This document shows, piece after piece, positions 38,024 to 46,907 of a stretch of 64,000 nucleotides of DNA. This stretch comes from a virus (lineage: Duplodnaviria; Caudoviricetes): positions 1,195-65,194 of the IMG/VR virus record IMGVR_UViG_3300032224_000782, one strand, 5' to 3'. The notes under the pieces are model-generated. The model made no database searches, was not told the origin of the DNA, and worked only from the letters and a program-made list of their open reading frames with translations. Every line of letters begins with the position of its first letter. Positions within the stretch are counted from its first letter, which is position 1. A program made the position numbers and the translations under genes.

Positions 38024-39021
38024 TTTTTATATTTGTCTAGGAACTGCTGATACCAATCTGTTGACCACATGTGGATGAAATTGTGTTCAGTTATTTCCTG
38101 GCATTTAGATAAGATTGTTGCTTGATCTTGCCTACACAACCATTCTAATTGTGCTAGTGCCGCGTGGTGTCGTTCTATGTCATTTTCTATGTTGTCATAG
38201 CTTTCGTCAATTATACCACCAAAAGTTTTAAAACCTAGTTCTCTTAATTTAGCCAAGGTTTGATAGTGTCCAATCATAATGAATAAACGACGACCTAATA
38301 TGGGTTTAACGGTTTTTTCAGTAAAAAATACAAAGTGATTATCGCAATTAGTCTCAGCTACTAAACTATATGCACTTTGTTGATACACTTCAATTGGCAC
38401 AATGTGACTTAGTCTAACAGGGTGACCATAATATTCAACCCACTCTACAGAAAATTTAGGAACTTGTTCCATAACTAATCCTTTGGTTTCCCATATCCAA
38501 CGTTGACTATTATTCTTGTCTATGGCCAAATAATGGTCATTGACATAGGTTGTAATGCCTTGATCCACAAGATGATTCTGGATGTATTGCCAAGCACGAT
38601 CTCTGTGTGTTTTCTTTCGACCTAATAGTGCATCAAAATAATATGGTTTGGTGGTGTATGGTGAAATTGCATCTAATACATTTTTATCCGATACTTTATA
38701 AAAATGCAGTGTGGTTGCAAACCAATCTAGGTATATGTGTACGGGGCTGTGTTTTAAATGAAAATTTAAAAACCCGCAAGTAAAATAAGAAATTTTCTCA
38801 CGGTCATATCGCATCATAAACCCTACGGTAGAGTGATGCAGTTCCGACATTATGATCAGTAGGTGATCATAAGAATCGTAGAGTTTGTCTACGAGTTGTT
38901 CAAATTCAGTGTTATAGGGATAAGGGCAATGTAAACAAACAATTCGTTTGTTTGGGTTGATGTGTGTAACTAGTTTGGTGTGTCGGTCAATAATATAGGG
39001 ATGTTGATCCAAGATTTCCAT
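38011..39021 (-). CDS. putative glycosyltransferase-like protein (family A)
   Basis: FDALLGR..HR, SLVAET..FTEKTVKPI..GFKTF..IDESYD. Confidence 0.55.
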   Translation of the reverse strand: MEILDQHPYIIDRHTKLVTHINPNKRIVCLHCPYPYNTEFEQLVDKLYDSYDHLLIIMSELHHSTVGFMMRYDREKISYFTCGFLNFHLKHSPVHIYLDWFATTLHFYKVSDKNVLDAISPYTTKPYYFDALLGRKKTHRDRAWQYIQNHLVDQGITTYVNDHYLAIDKNNSQRWIWETKGLVMEQVPKFSVEWVEYYGHPVRLSHIVPIEVYQQSAYSLVAETNCDNHFVFFTEKTVKPILGRRLFIMIGHYQTLAKLRELGFKTFGGIIDESYDNIENDIERHHAALAQLEWLCRQDQATILSKCQEITEHNFIHMWSTDWYQQFLDKYKNYFL

Positions 39022-39038
39022 CCCTATATCTGCACAGA

Positions 39039-39338
39039 TTACTTAGAAGTCTTTTTAACAACTGCTTTCTTAGCTGGCGCTTTCTTAGCTGGGGCTTTCT
39101 TAGCGGCAACTTTTTTGGCTGCTGTTTTAGCTTTGGTAGCTGTTTTCTTAACTTCAGCAACTACTTCTTGCTCGGCTTTGACCACTGCTTCTTTGACTTG
39201 TTCAGCAACAGTTTCTGCTTTGGCAACAACATCAGCAACTGATGGTGCAGATGATGCGGTAGTGCTTGGTTTCTTTGAACTTTGAATTAGCAAATAACCA
39301 ATTACGGCTACAAATGCTATGGCTAGAATGAATTCCAT
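39039..39338 (-). CDS. membrane-anchored histone H1-like Lys/Ala/Pro-rich protein
   Basis: N-terminal TM; AAKK and KKAPA repeats; AAGGAG RBS and TAAATA on the minus strand. Confidence 0.75.
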   Translation of the reverse strand: MEFILAIAFVAVIGYLLIQSSKKPSTTASSAPSVADVVAKAETVAEQVKEAVVKAEQEVVAEVKKTATKAKTAAKKVAAKKAPAKKAPAKKAVVKKTSK

Positions 39339-39404
39339 TGTTTTTTCTCCTTGAATATATTCAATGTATTGTATTTAATTGTAGAGAATCCGGTGGAAAA
39401 ATAT

Positions 39405-39501
39405 TTGACTTTTTGTGCAGTGCAACATATAATTGATAAATAAACAGTAGGACGTTGCACAGGGCGAGTTCTACATAAACATTTCGTCTAAGGAGAAAAC
39501 T
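39405..39501 (+). promoter_or_regulatory. sigma70 promoter with PhaR-like box, late motif and ROSE-like leader
   Basis: TTGACT-[ttttgTGCAGTGCAACA]-TATAAT; TAAATA 39437; GTAGGAC/GTTCTAC stem; TTTCGTC pairs over the SD. Confidence 0.55.
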
Positions 39502-39753
39502 ATGTTTACAGCAGATACAATCATCGATTCAATTCAAATGGCTAAAAAAGAAGCCGTAAAAACTTTCATTAAAAATGAAGACATTGCCAAAAGCCTAACT
39601 GCATACGTTGATGCAGAAGCCGCATTTGCCAAACAAACTGCCAAAGTAACCACAGAAGCAGCCGCAAGTTTTGCCAGCGAAACAACTAAAGCAGTTGAAA
39701 AAATTGCCAAGTTTGATTTTACTGATATGTTTAAAACAGCCAGCAAGAAGTAA
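39502..39753 (+). CDS. phasin-like small helical protein
   Basis: 83 aa amphipathic Ala/Lys-rich helix, strong RBS, own terminator, PhaR-like box upstream. Confidence 0.5.
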   Translation: MFTADTIIDSIQMAKKEAVKTFIKNEDIAKSLTAYVDAEAAFAKQTAKVTTEAAASFASETTKAVEKIAKFDFTDMFKTASKK

Positions 39754-39770
39754 TTTTTACTTCTTCCAAC

Positions 39771-39793
39771 AAAGGACCTTCGGGTCCTTTTTT
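39771..39793 (+). terminator. intrinsic terminator
   Basis: AAAGGACC-TTCG-GGTCCTTTTTT. Confidence 0.85.
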
Positions 39794-39807
39794 GTTTAAA
39801 TATTACT

Positions 39808-40578
39808 ATGATTTCTCGACTAGCAGTTATTCTAATAGGGCAATATAGAACATGGCCTATATGTTCTAAATATTTGTTAAACTTCTTTGAAGATAAAGCC
39901 GAACAAACAGATTATTTTTTTGTAACTTGGGATAAAACTAATACCTATTCCGATGGGGTATGGTCTGATCTGGTAGTGGATGTAACAGAAGAACAAATTA
40001 CTAAATTTTTTAATAAAGATCAAAAAGTAACTTGTATGGTTTTACCTGACATTCCAGAAGTCCATACTTACTATAGAATGGCATATCTATCTCGTGAAGC
40101 AAATAAATTAAAAAAAGATTTTGAATCTAAAAATAATTTTGTCTATGATCAAGTAGTAGAAACAAGACCCGACATGTATCTTAGATCTTATCCACGCGGC
40201 GGATTAGAATGCAAGTGGCCTTTATGCAACGACTACGAATATAATGGCGGCGAAATACTAAATGTGAACACCAGAGATCTTTTTATGCCTGACTGCTATT
40301 TACGCACAAACTCTGCAACACATGACATACTAAGTCAACGCATCAATGACTTTGATATAAAATATGCGTTTCAAAAAAAGATACTTAACCAAACATATAG
40401 AAGTGGCCATCATGCTATGTTGGCAAAATTTTTATTAGATAACAACATAAAAAAAATCAATCACATATATCCAGATTATATATTTGACACTGTGATAAGA
40501 AGTACAGCAATGGTTGACGTAAACTTAGATGACCTTTCCTTGGATGAAATTGTTAGTCTGAATACACGGTTTCACTAA
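39808..40578 (+). CDS. hypothetical protein, possibly glycosyltransferase-related
   Basis: AVILIGQYR, FVTWD, YDQVVETRPD; TAAATA 5 nt before ATG. Confidence 0.5.
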   Translation: MISRLAVILIGQYRTWPICSKYLLNFFEDKAEQTDYFFVTWDKTNTYSDGVWSDLVVDVTEEQITKFFNKDQKVTCMVLPDIPEVHTYYRMAYLSREANKLKKDFESKNNFVYDQVVETRPDMYLRSYPRGGLECKWPLCNDYEYNGGEILNVNTRDLFMPDCYLRTNSATHDILSQRINDFDIKYAFQKKILNQTYRSGHHAMLAKFLLDNNIKKINHIYPDYIFDTVIRSTAMVDVNLDDLSLDEIVSLNTRFH

Positions 40579-40580
40579 AA

Positions 40581-40627
40581 GTAATACCTTTGTTGGACTT
40601 GCGGATAATTCTTTTATTTGCTATAAT
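40581..40627 (+). promoter_or_regulatory. early promoter cassette (degenerate element)
   Basis: GTAATAC-CTTT-GTTGGAC, TTGCGG-17-TATAAT. Confidence 0.7.
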
Positions 40628-40655
40628 TACGTATATAAACAAAGAAAGGTCTGTT

Positions 40656-40877
40656 ATGAATCTCAAGCTCAAAGCTCTCGCTATTTTAGTAGGTATTATG
40701 GGTGCCGGTGTAGTGGGTGGAATGTTAATGAATACCATTACTGCATTGTTAGGCCCCGAGGCCACAGTCAACGTTTTTATTGGTGGCGTGCTACTGTTCT
40801 TGTTCTACCAAGTTTACGGTTTGATTTTGTCCAAGTTGGAAATGGACCAAAAAATCGACGAACTCACCAAAAAGTAA
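40656..40877 (+). CDS. two-TM membrane protein
   Basis: ATG 40656 after AAGG; stop lies inside the next GTAATAC. Confidence 0.65.
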   Translation: MNLKLKALAILVGIMGAGVVGGMLMNTITALLGPEATVNVFIGGVLLFLFYQVYGLILSKLEMDQKIDELTKK

Positions 40878-40950
40878 TACTTCGGTAGTACTTGCTCGAA
40901 ATTCGGATATCTGCTATAATAATGGCATATTAAGCAAAAAGGAGTCTGCA
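40874..40950 (+). promoter_or_regulatory. early promoter cassette
   Basis: GTAATAC-TTCG-GTAGTAC, TTGCTC-17-TATAAT, aatggcat..aagcaaaaaGGAG. Confidence 0.85.
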
Positions 40951-41106
40951 ATGAAACTAGAAACTGCTATTAAAGTACTACTCAAAGAATGCGAGTTTTT
41001 AGGTGAAAATCTTGCAGAACTTCTGCAGGATATTGCACAACACGGTCGTATGATCTATAGCGAAAAAGTAGTACAAGCCGCAGAAGTGTATAACAGCCGC
41101 GGATAA
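40951..41106 (+). CDS. small early protein (51 aa)
   Basis: MKLETAIKVLLKECEFLG...YNSRG with own promoter and RBS. Confidence 0.7.
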   Translation: MKLETAIKVLLKECEFLGENLAELLQDIAQHGRMIYSEKVVQAAEVYNSRG

Positions 41107-41108
41107 AA

Positions 41109-41148
41109 CGGTTGACGATAATTCGAATATTTGCTATAATAATGGCAT
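41109..41148 (+). repeat. 40 bp promoter repeat identical to 61366-61405
   Basis: CGGTTGACGATAATTCGAATATTTGCTATAATAATGGCAT (TTGACG-17-TATAAT). Confidence 0.9.
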
Positions 41149-41170
41149 GTTAAGCAAAAAGGAGTCAGCA

Positions 41171-41542
41171 ATGGAACAGTTCAAAAGTTGGGAAGAAATG
41201 TCCGAATTAGAGCAAGCCCGTGAGACTTACTGGGATATGTACAAGGATGCCTACGGTGTTCGCCCACGTTGGATTGACACCACTGCTTGGACCCTCGAGG
41301 TGTTTGAAGCAGAATTTGCCAGCCTGGCCACTGCTATTGAGCAGGCTGAGATTGAGCGTAAAGCCGATCAAGCCCACGCTATTGTTAAGTTTGAGGATAC
41401 TGTTACTAACCTCATGCACACTGGTACTAACCGTGAACGAGTGATTGCTTGGTTGATGGATGCTGAACACGCCAATGGCGACTTTGAGTATTTTGCTTTT
41501 ACCCAAGGCCTGCCTTACGGTTATTTTCGTAAGGCAGCATAA
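41171..41542 (+). CDS. hypothetical early protein
   Basis: YWDMYKDAYGVRPR, GLPYGYF; AAGGAG RBS. Confidence 0.8.
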   Translation: MEQFKSWEEMSELEQARETYWDMYKDAYGVRPRWIDTTAWTLEVFEAEFASLATAIEQAEIERKADQAHAIVKFEDTVTNLMHTGTNRERVIAWLMDAEHANGDFEYFAFTQGLPYGYFRKAA

Positions 41543-41547
41543 AACGG

Positions 41548-41600
41548 TTGACTGAAAATCCAAAATTTGTTATAATAATGACATGTTAAGCAAAAAGGAG
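41548..41600 (+). promoter_or_regulatory. early promoter cassette
   Basis: TTGACT-17-TATAAT, atgttaagcaaaaaGGAG. Confidence 0.8.
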
Positions 41601-41606
41601 TTTAAA

Positions 41607-41879
41607 ATGTCTGCACTAGTTGAATACACTTTGGAACTGTACAAGACTGACAAGCGTAAAAAAGAAGGTCGTCGTCTTGTTGCAAAAGAAGAATTTGCTC
41701 CTGTAACCAGGGCTTATATCAAAGCAGTGATTGAGTCCAAAACTAAGTTGGGTTTTATTGTTGAAGCTCACGAAACTTGGGTCACCAAACGTAATATGAT
41801 GACTGGCAAGACTTACAAAGAGCGTTACGACACTCCTTACTTCTGCTCACCCTCCAGCGAAACTTTTTGGAGCATGTAA
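41607..41879 (+). CDS. hypothetical early protein
   Basis: DTPYFCSPSSETFWSM C-terminus. Confidence 0.75.
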   Translation: MSALVEYTLELYKTDKRKKEGRRLVAKEEFAPVTRAYIKAVIESKTKLGFIVEAHETWVTKRNMMTGKTYKERYDTPYFCSPSSETFWSM

Positions 41880-42085
41880 TGAACGAACGCACTAAAGTAT
41901 TATTCGACAAAGCCTTGGACCAAGCAGTGCCTGAAACATGGACTACATTGAGCTATGATCAAATTATGAAACTGTCTGGTGCGTTTGCTGAGTTGATTGT
42001 GAAAGAATGTGCCGAGATTGCTGATACTGCGGAACCATTCCTTTCTTCAGATCTTATTAAACAACAATTTGGAGTTGAAGAATGA
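41879..42085 (+). CDS. MNERI-family hypothetical protein
   Basis: MNERTK..FAELIVKEC..IKQQFGVEE. Confidence 0.7.
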   Translation: MNERTKVLFDKALDQAVPETWTTLSYDQIMKLSGAFAELIVKECAEIADTAEPFLSSDLIKQQFGVEE

Positions 42086-42300
42086 ATTTTGGTATGTTCA
42101 GTGCTGAAGGCAACGATGCAGTAGCGGACATTGTAGTAGCCGCAAAGTTTCATAATCACTCATGGGCATGGACCTATTCACAGTTGCGTGAACTTGCTCA
42201 ACAAGATGGATTTGGTGAAGCCACTGACACTGAAGTTCGCGAACGTGTCTATGATGCAATTGGTGCAGGTCAACGTAAAGAGGAATTTTACGTCCGATGA
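42082..42300 (+). CDS. hypothetical protein
   Basis: FGMFSAEGNDAV, EATDTEVRE; coupled. Confidence 0.7.
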   Translation: MNFGMFSAEGNDAVADIVVAAKFHNHSWAWTYSQLRELAQQDGFGEATDTEVRERVYDAIGAGQRKEEFYVR

Positions 42301-42524
42301 GAGTTACGCCTGCTGACTATATTCCTGGAATGATTGAACACGCACGTCGTCTTCATGAAATTCGCAAACAAGATATAGAACGTGACGAACGTCGAACAGC
42401 AAGGCATGTAAAAGAACAGTCGACTAAACATCGACGTGATTTAGAAATGGATAAGGTGTATCTTGAAAAAGGTCTTGTTAAAGCAAGATTAATTAAAGGT
42501 ATGAATGTAGATGTATATGCATAG
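42297..42524 (+). CDS. hypothetical protein
   Basis: Coupled ORF ending KGMNVDVYA. Confidence 0.6.
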   Translation: MRVTPADYIPGMIEHARRLHEIRKQDIERDERRTARHVKEQSTKHRRDLEMDKVYLEKGLVKARLIKGMNVDVYA

Positions 42525-42533
42525 GAGATTGAA

Positions 42534-42755
42534 ATGAATGATTGGGATCGTAGTAATTTGCATTTTATTCTTGACAGTGATAAAGAAACACTGGATGATT
42601 TTTATTCTTGGGCCACTGAGGACGATTTGAACTATGCACTTAATTTAGTTCGCACTGCCAAAGCAGAACTGTTGGTACAGGAACTTGAACTAATGGACGA
42701 AGTTGAACATTGCAACGAAGCCATCAACGCATTGAAACAATTTGCAACAATCTAA
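42534..42755 (+). CDS. hypothetical protein
   Basis: AGGAG RBS. Confidence 0.7.
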   Translation: MNDWDRSNLHFILDSDKETLDDFYSWATEDDLNYALNLVRTAKAELLVQELELMDEVEHCNEAINALKQFATI

Positions 42756-42764
42756 GAGGTTAAC

Positions 42765-43160
42765 ATGGGATTAGACATGTACGCATACGTGGCCGCTAAT
42801 AAAGGTCAGATGAATGAACACTATGAAGGTTATGACTACGACAAGGACTCCAGTCCAGTAGCAAAGCCACGTGAGCTGGCTTACTGGCGCAAACATCCTA
42901 ACCTGCATGGCTGGATGCATCGTTTGTGGGAAAGCAAAGGCAACGTGGGTGACTTTAACGGTGACGAACTTGAGCTGACTTGGGAAGACTTAGAAAAGTT
43001 GGAAGAAGACCTTAAGCGTAAAGTCCTGCCCGACACCACAGGATTCTTTTTTGGTAATCCTGCCGACGACTATTATCTAGAACAGGACCTGGAGTTTGTC
43101 AAAAAAGCCAAAGCAGAAGTATTCTGCGGGCTCAAAGTTTTTTACAACTCAAGCTGGTAA
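42765..43160 (+). CDS. conserved phage hypothetical protein
   Basis: MGLDMY..YWRKH..LHGWM..LP...GFFFG..YNSSW. Confidence 0.8.
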   Translation: MGLDMYAYVAANKGQMNEHYEGYDYDKDSSPVAKPRELAYWRKHPNLHGWMHRLWESKGNVGDFNGDELELTWEDLEKLEEDLKRKVLPDTTGFFFGNPADDYYLEQDLEFVKKAKAEVFCGLKVFYNSSW

Positions 43161-43196
43161 TACATGTACAACGATTTTTTAACCAAGGAGAACGCT

Positions 43197-43358
43197 ATGA
43201 GCGAAAAAACCCTGAACGTGGCCAATACGGCTATTTTTCATCTGCAACTCAACACCGAGGATGCAATTCGTTTTGTCGCAAGACATGCCAGTGTAGATGT
43301 TAAGCTGGCTGGTTCAGCTATTAAAGAAGTCATGGTTGGCTACAAAACTAGAAAGTAA
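43197..43358 (+). CDS. hypothetical protein
   Basis: AAGGAG RBS before ATG 43197. Confidence 0.6.
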   Translation: MSEKTLNVANTAIFHLQLNTEDAIRFVARHASVDVKLAGSAIKEVMVGYKTRK

Positions 43359-43360
43359 CA

Positions 43361-43675
43361 GTGGACCAATTCATATTTGGCATAGTGTGTAAAGCGTTGA
43401 CTGCATGTCAACCCGCAGTTGCACCTCCTAGGCCTCCCTCTACACCCAATGTCATTGTTTATCAGCAAGTAGGACATCCTGCACTGACGCAGTTAAGCAT
43501 AGACGAAGTTTCTAAAATTGGTCTTGATTGTAATCAAAAAGATAAAACAATTCAAATTTTAGAAACTAGGGTTAGTGGATTGGGCGTTGATCCAGAACAG
43601 TTGCCACAAGATCAACGCAAGTTAAATTCCGTGGCCCGTAGTAAAATTTGGCAATTAAGGACTTACTGTCGATGA
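43361..43675 (+). CDS. hypothetical protein
   Basis: 104 aa, GTG start, KIWQLRTYC. Confidence 0.6.
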   Translation: MDQFIFGIVCKALTACQPAVAPPRPPSTPNVIVYQQVGHPALTQLSIDEVSKIGLDCNQKDKTIQILETRVSGLGVDPEQLPQDQRKLNSVARSKIWQLRTYCR

Positions 43676-44037
43676 AAAAAATTGCAGTTATTTTGAGTGT
43701 CTATGCAAGTGTGGTGGCAGCAGAAACTTTGCCCGAAATCGCACAATGCAGATACGAACAGCAAATTGAGCAGTTGCCTAACGGTACTACAAAGACATAC
43801 CAAAAAGAGGTATGTATGGAAGAATCCAGTGTTACCATTCAAACGGTAAGGATTGGACAGCTGGTCCGACTGAACCAACTCAGACCACATCCGGTGATCC
43901 AAAACGAATTTGCCTACAAGCAAAGTCGGTGTCGTTGGTTCAGTGAAGCGTCAACAGCCCAAAAAGATTTGGTACAGTTTCAAGGCATTGCTTGTGAAGT
44001 TCAACCAAATGTTTGGCGAGTTGTTGACAAATTTTAA
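43672..44037 (+). CDS. exported hypothetical protein
   Basis: Signal-like MKKIAVILSV, four Cys. Confidence 0.65.
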   Translation: MKKIAVILSVYASVVAAETLPEIAQCRYEQQIEQLPNGTTKTYQKEVCMEESSVTIQTVRIGQLVRLNQLRPHPVIQNEFAYKQSRCRWFSEASTAQKDLVQFQGIACEVQPNVWRVVDKF

Positions 44038-44082
44038 AATTGAGTGTATAATACACTATCTTAAACAACACATGAGGTAATC

Positions 44083-44865
44083 ATGAAACGTAGTATTCTT
44101 TCAACAGCAGTTTTTTCGTTAATCACAGTATCTGCACATGCAGGTTGGTTTGGTAAAGATGAGGAGCCCAAGGCAGCGCCTGCTCCTATACCAGTGGCTG
44201 CTCCAGTAGTGCCAGCTCATCCTTACGCATTGCCTGAAGCTAAAACAGCAACAGCACCTAATGCACCTGAATGGTTTACTAAGATGCCAGCAGACACTGC
44301 TGACATGGTGTTTGCAGTGGGTGTGGCTAAAAGTGTTAATGAGCAAATGGCTTATACCAAAGCACAGTCGCAGGCCCGTGCTAAAGTGGCTGAATTGTTA
44401 GCAAGTGAAGTTCGCAGTAGCACAAAAAGTTATAGCAATGATACTGGCGACTCAATGGTAGAAAGCAATGAAGTGACCATTCATCAATATGCAGAAGCTG
44501 TGACTGCTGGCGCACAACGTGTTGATAGTCAACGTAGTTTTGATGGCAAAACTTACACCGTATATGTATTGTTGCGTTTTCCTTTAGGCGATAACAATGT
44601 TCTGCGTAAAGAATTTGAAGCTAAGAAACTAAAGCGTGAAGCTGAGTTACGTAGTGCTAGAGCACATCAAGACTTGGAATCCAAGTCCGACAAGCGTAAA
44701 GCTGATGCAGATGTTGTGGATCAAAAACTTAAGAAAGAGATTGGCCCAAAGCCAGAAGTTAGTGAAATTAAGTTACTGGACGTAGACAACGAAGCATACA
44801 AAGCTCGACGTGATGAAGCATTGTCTAAGCCCAATGCTGTGATTGGACAAACTGTAGTTCGCTAA
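44083..44865 (+). CDS. exported LPP20-like protein
   Basis: Signal peptide, APEWF, FAVGVA..QMA..KA...AR; TTGACA-17-TATAAT upstream. Confidence 0.6.
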   Translation: MKRSILSTAVFSLITVSAHAGWFGKDEEPKAAPAPIPVAAPVVPAHPYALPEAKTATAPNAPEWFTKMPADTADMVFAVGVAKSVNEQMAYTKAQSQARAKVAELLASEVRSSTKSYSNDTGDSMVESNEVTIHQYAEAVTAGAQRVDSQRSFDGKTYTVYVLLRFPLGDNNVLRKEFEAKKLKREAELRSARAHQDLESKSDKRKADADVVDQKLKKEIGPKPEVSEIKLLDVDNEAYKARRDEALSKPNAVIGQTVVR

Positions 44866-44885
44866 TTAAGCTAGTAGAATAAACT

Positions 44886-44915
44886 TGCCCCCGGGTTATA
44901 AATACCTTGGGGGCA
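44886..44915 (+). promoter_or_regulatory. late promoter inside a GC-rich hairpin covering the RBS
   Basis: TGCCCCCGGG-tTATAAATA-CCTTGGGGGCA, ATG at 44921. Confidence 0.65.
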
Positions 44916-44920
44916 TTTTT

Positions 44921-45415
44921 ATGGCTAGACCGAATCCAATACGTAGGATTATGCAGGACACACTGCCGGGCTTGACCTATCAAAGACGCAAACAATTCCG
45001 CCCCAGTTACGAAGATATTAACTACGCATATAATATCATTAATCGTTACATATTTGATAATAAACTTAGACGTCCAACAATATACCAAGGCATTGCTAGA
45101 AAAACATGGGGCAGTTGTCAATGGTTAGATACCAAGCAAGTGTCTGGATCGTATTGTCATATTCAGTTAAGTGACAAGTGGTTTTGCCAACAGTGGTTTA
45201 TGAACACACTGGCACATGAAATGGTACACCAATGGCAGTGGGACATATATCGTTGGGAACTACTAGAAGAAGGTAGAAAAATTTATGAAGACTCTGGGGC
45301 ACATGGCCCTAGTTTTTTTGCTTGGCGTGATAGATTTGATTATTATGATCTTACACTAAAAACTACTTATGGACAACGTCGCTGGTTTAAATATCAAAAC
45401 TTCTCTAAATGCTAA
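44921..45415 (+). CDS. SprT-like zinc metalloprotease
   Basis: N..IF..KL, TLAHEMVHQWQ, HGPSF. Confidence 0.85.
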   Translation: MARPNPIRRIMQDTLPGLTYQRRKQFRPSYEDINYAYNIINRYIFDNKLRRPTIYQGIARKTWGSCQWLDTKQVSGSYCHIQLSDKWFCQQWFMNTLAHEMVHQWQWDIYRWELLEEGRKIYEDSGAHGPSFFAWRDRFDYYDLTLKTTYGQRRWFKYQNFSKC

Positions 45416-45427
45416 AATAAGTACAAG

Positions 45428-46309
45428 ATGTACAAATATATCTGCATTGAATACGCAGACCCTGATAACTTAATTGATTCCATTCCGTTAACGTTTCGAC
45501 TACGCAATAATTCTGTAGTCCCAAAATGGACCAATAAAATTATACAAGCCCAGAAACAATACAGTATAGATGATCCTAAACGATTCTACGGATTTGACGA
45601 TCACCAAACACAAATAACACAGGCACTGTTAAGGATAAACTCCTGCATTGACATTATCAATAGTCATAATACAATCATTGATCGAAAGTTAACTGACGTT
45701 AATGACACTGATACTTTAAATTATTTGCATCACATATTCGAAGTGTATCACGGACTATTGGATCAGCAAACACATGAATTTTATGTAACTGCATCCACAG
45801 ATGTACAACGTGCATTGGCGGATTTGAATATATGTGTGCATCGTTGCGAATCTATTGCACAGGGCGCAGTGCCTAGACATGTAGTAACTTATTACGGGTT
45901 GCCAAAAATAGATGTATTGGATTTAGAGGACTACAACTTGTTTACTGATGTTTATAAGTTTGGGACTGTATACCTAAATTATGTAGAGATTGGTAAAACA
46001 CTGGAAGATTTGGCTGTGGACAATGATCAATACATTGCTGACGAAGCATTTAGGCCTTTTAGGCACTACAGTGCAGATTTTGGTGTATTGTTTGCTGACA
46101 GTGATTTTCAACAAGTGTGCCAAAGACGCGATTTGGTGAGGGACTATTACTTGAGCAACAGTGAATTCTTTTTAAAACGGGGATTGCACTCAGAGCATGC
46201 TTACTTAAAGATTGGCAGAATTCCGTTAGCGGATATTGATTCTTCTCCTGGAGATGTGTTACAATTACTGAGAACAAGACAGTATGTAAAATCTGTCACA
46301 ATTTATTAA
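45428..46309 (+). CDS. hypothetical protein
   Basis: [26 protein letters not shown]; possible metal-binding His. Confidence 0.7.
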   Translation: MYKYICIEYADPDNLIDSIPLTFRLRNNSVVPKWTNKIIQAQKQYSIDDPKRFYGFDDHQTQITQALLRINSCIDIINSHNTIIDRKLTDVNDTDTLNYLHHIFEVYHGLLDQQTHEFYVTASTDVQRALADLNICVHRCESIAQGAVPRHVVTYYGLPKIDVLDLEDYNLFTDVYKFGTVYLNYVEIGKTLEDLAVDNDQYIADEAFRPFRHYSADFGVLFADSDFQQVCQRRDLVRDYYLSNSEFFLKRGLHSEHAYLKIGRIPLADIDSSPGDVLQLLRTRQYVKSVTIY

Positions 46310-46316
46310 GGAACTT

Positions 46317-46907
46317 ATGCCAAACTTTGTACCAACAGTATTAGAAAAAACCAGTAACGGCGAACGTGCATATGACATTTATAGTCGACTACTAAAAGAT
46401 AGAATTGTCATGTTGGACACAGATGTAAATGAACACAGTGCTAGTCTTGTGGTAGCACAGATGTTATTTTTAGAAAGTGAAAATCCAGATGCCGATATCC
46501 TATTTTATATTAACAGCCCTGGTGGCGTTGTCACTGCTGGTATGGCAATTTATGATACTATGCAGTTTATTAGGCCAGATGTGTCCACTATAGTTATGGG
46601 ACAGGCCTGTAGCATGGGGTCACTGTTAGCACAAGCAGGTGCAAAAGGTAAGCGATTACTTCTCCCTAATGCTAGACACATGATTCATCAACCGTCAGGT
46701 GGTGCTCGTGGACAAGCTACAGACATGTTGATCCAAGTTGAGGAAATTCTTGCTATGAAGAAAAACCTTACACAAATTTATGTTGACCATAATTCTGCAG
46801 GTAAGACATTTGATGAATTATCTAATGACATGGAACGTGATTTCTTTATGTCAGCAGAGCAAGCGGTTGCTTACGGACTTGCAGATTCAATTGTACAAAA
46901 GAGATAA
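46317..46907 (+). CDS. clpP: ATP-dependent Clp protease proteolytic subunit
   Basis: [23 protein letters not shown] (Ser), MIHQP (His), ERD (Asp). Confidence 0.97.
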   Translation: MPNFVPTVLEKTSNGERAYDIYSRLLKDRIVMLDTDVNEHSASLVVAQMLFLESENPDADILFYINSPGGVVTAGMAIYDTMQFIRPDVSTIVMGQACSMGSLLAQAGAKGKRLLLPNARHMIHQPSGGARGQATDMLIQVEEILAMKKNLTQIYVDHNSAGKTFDELSNDMERDFFMSAEQAVAYGLADSIVQKR

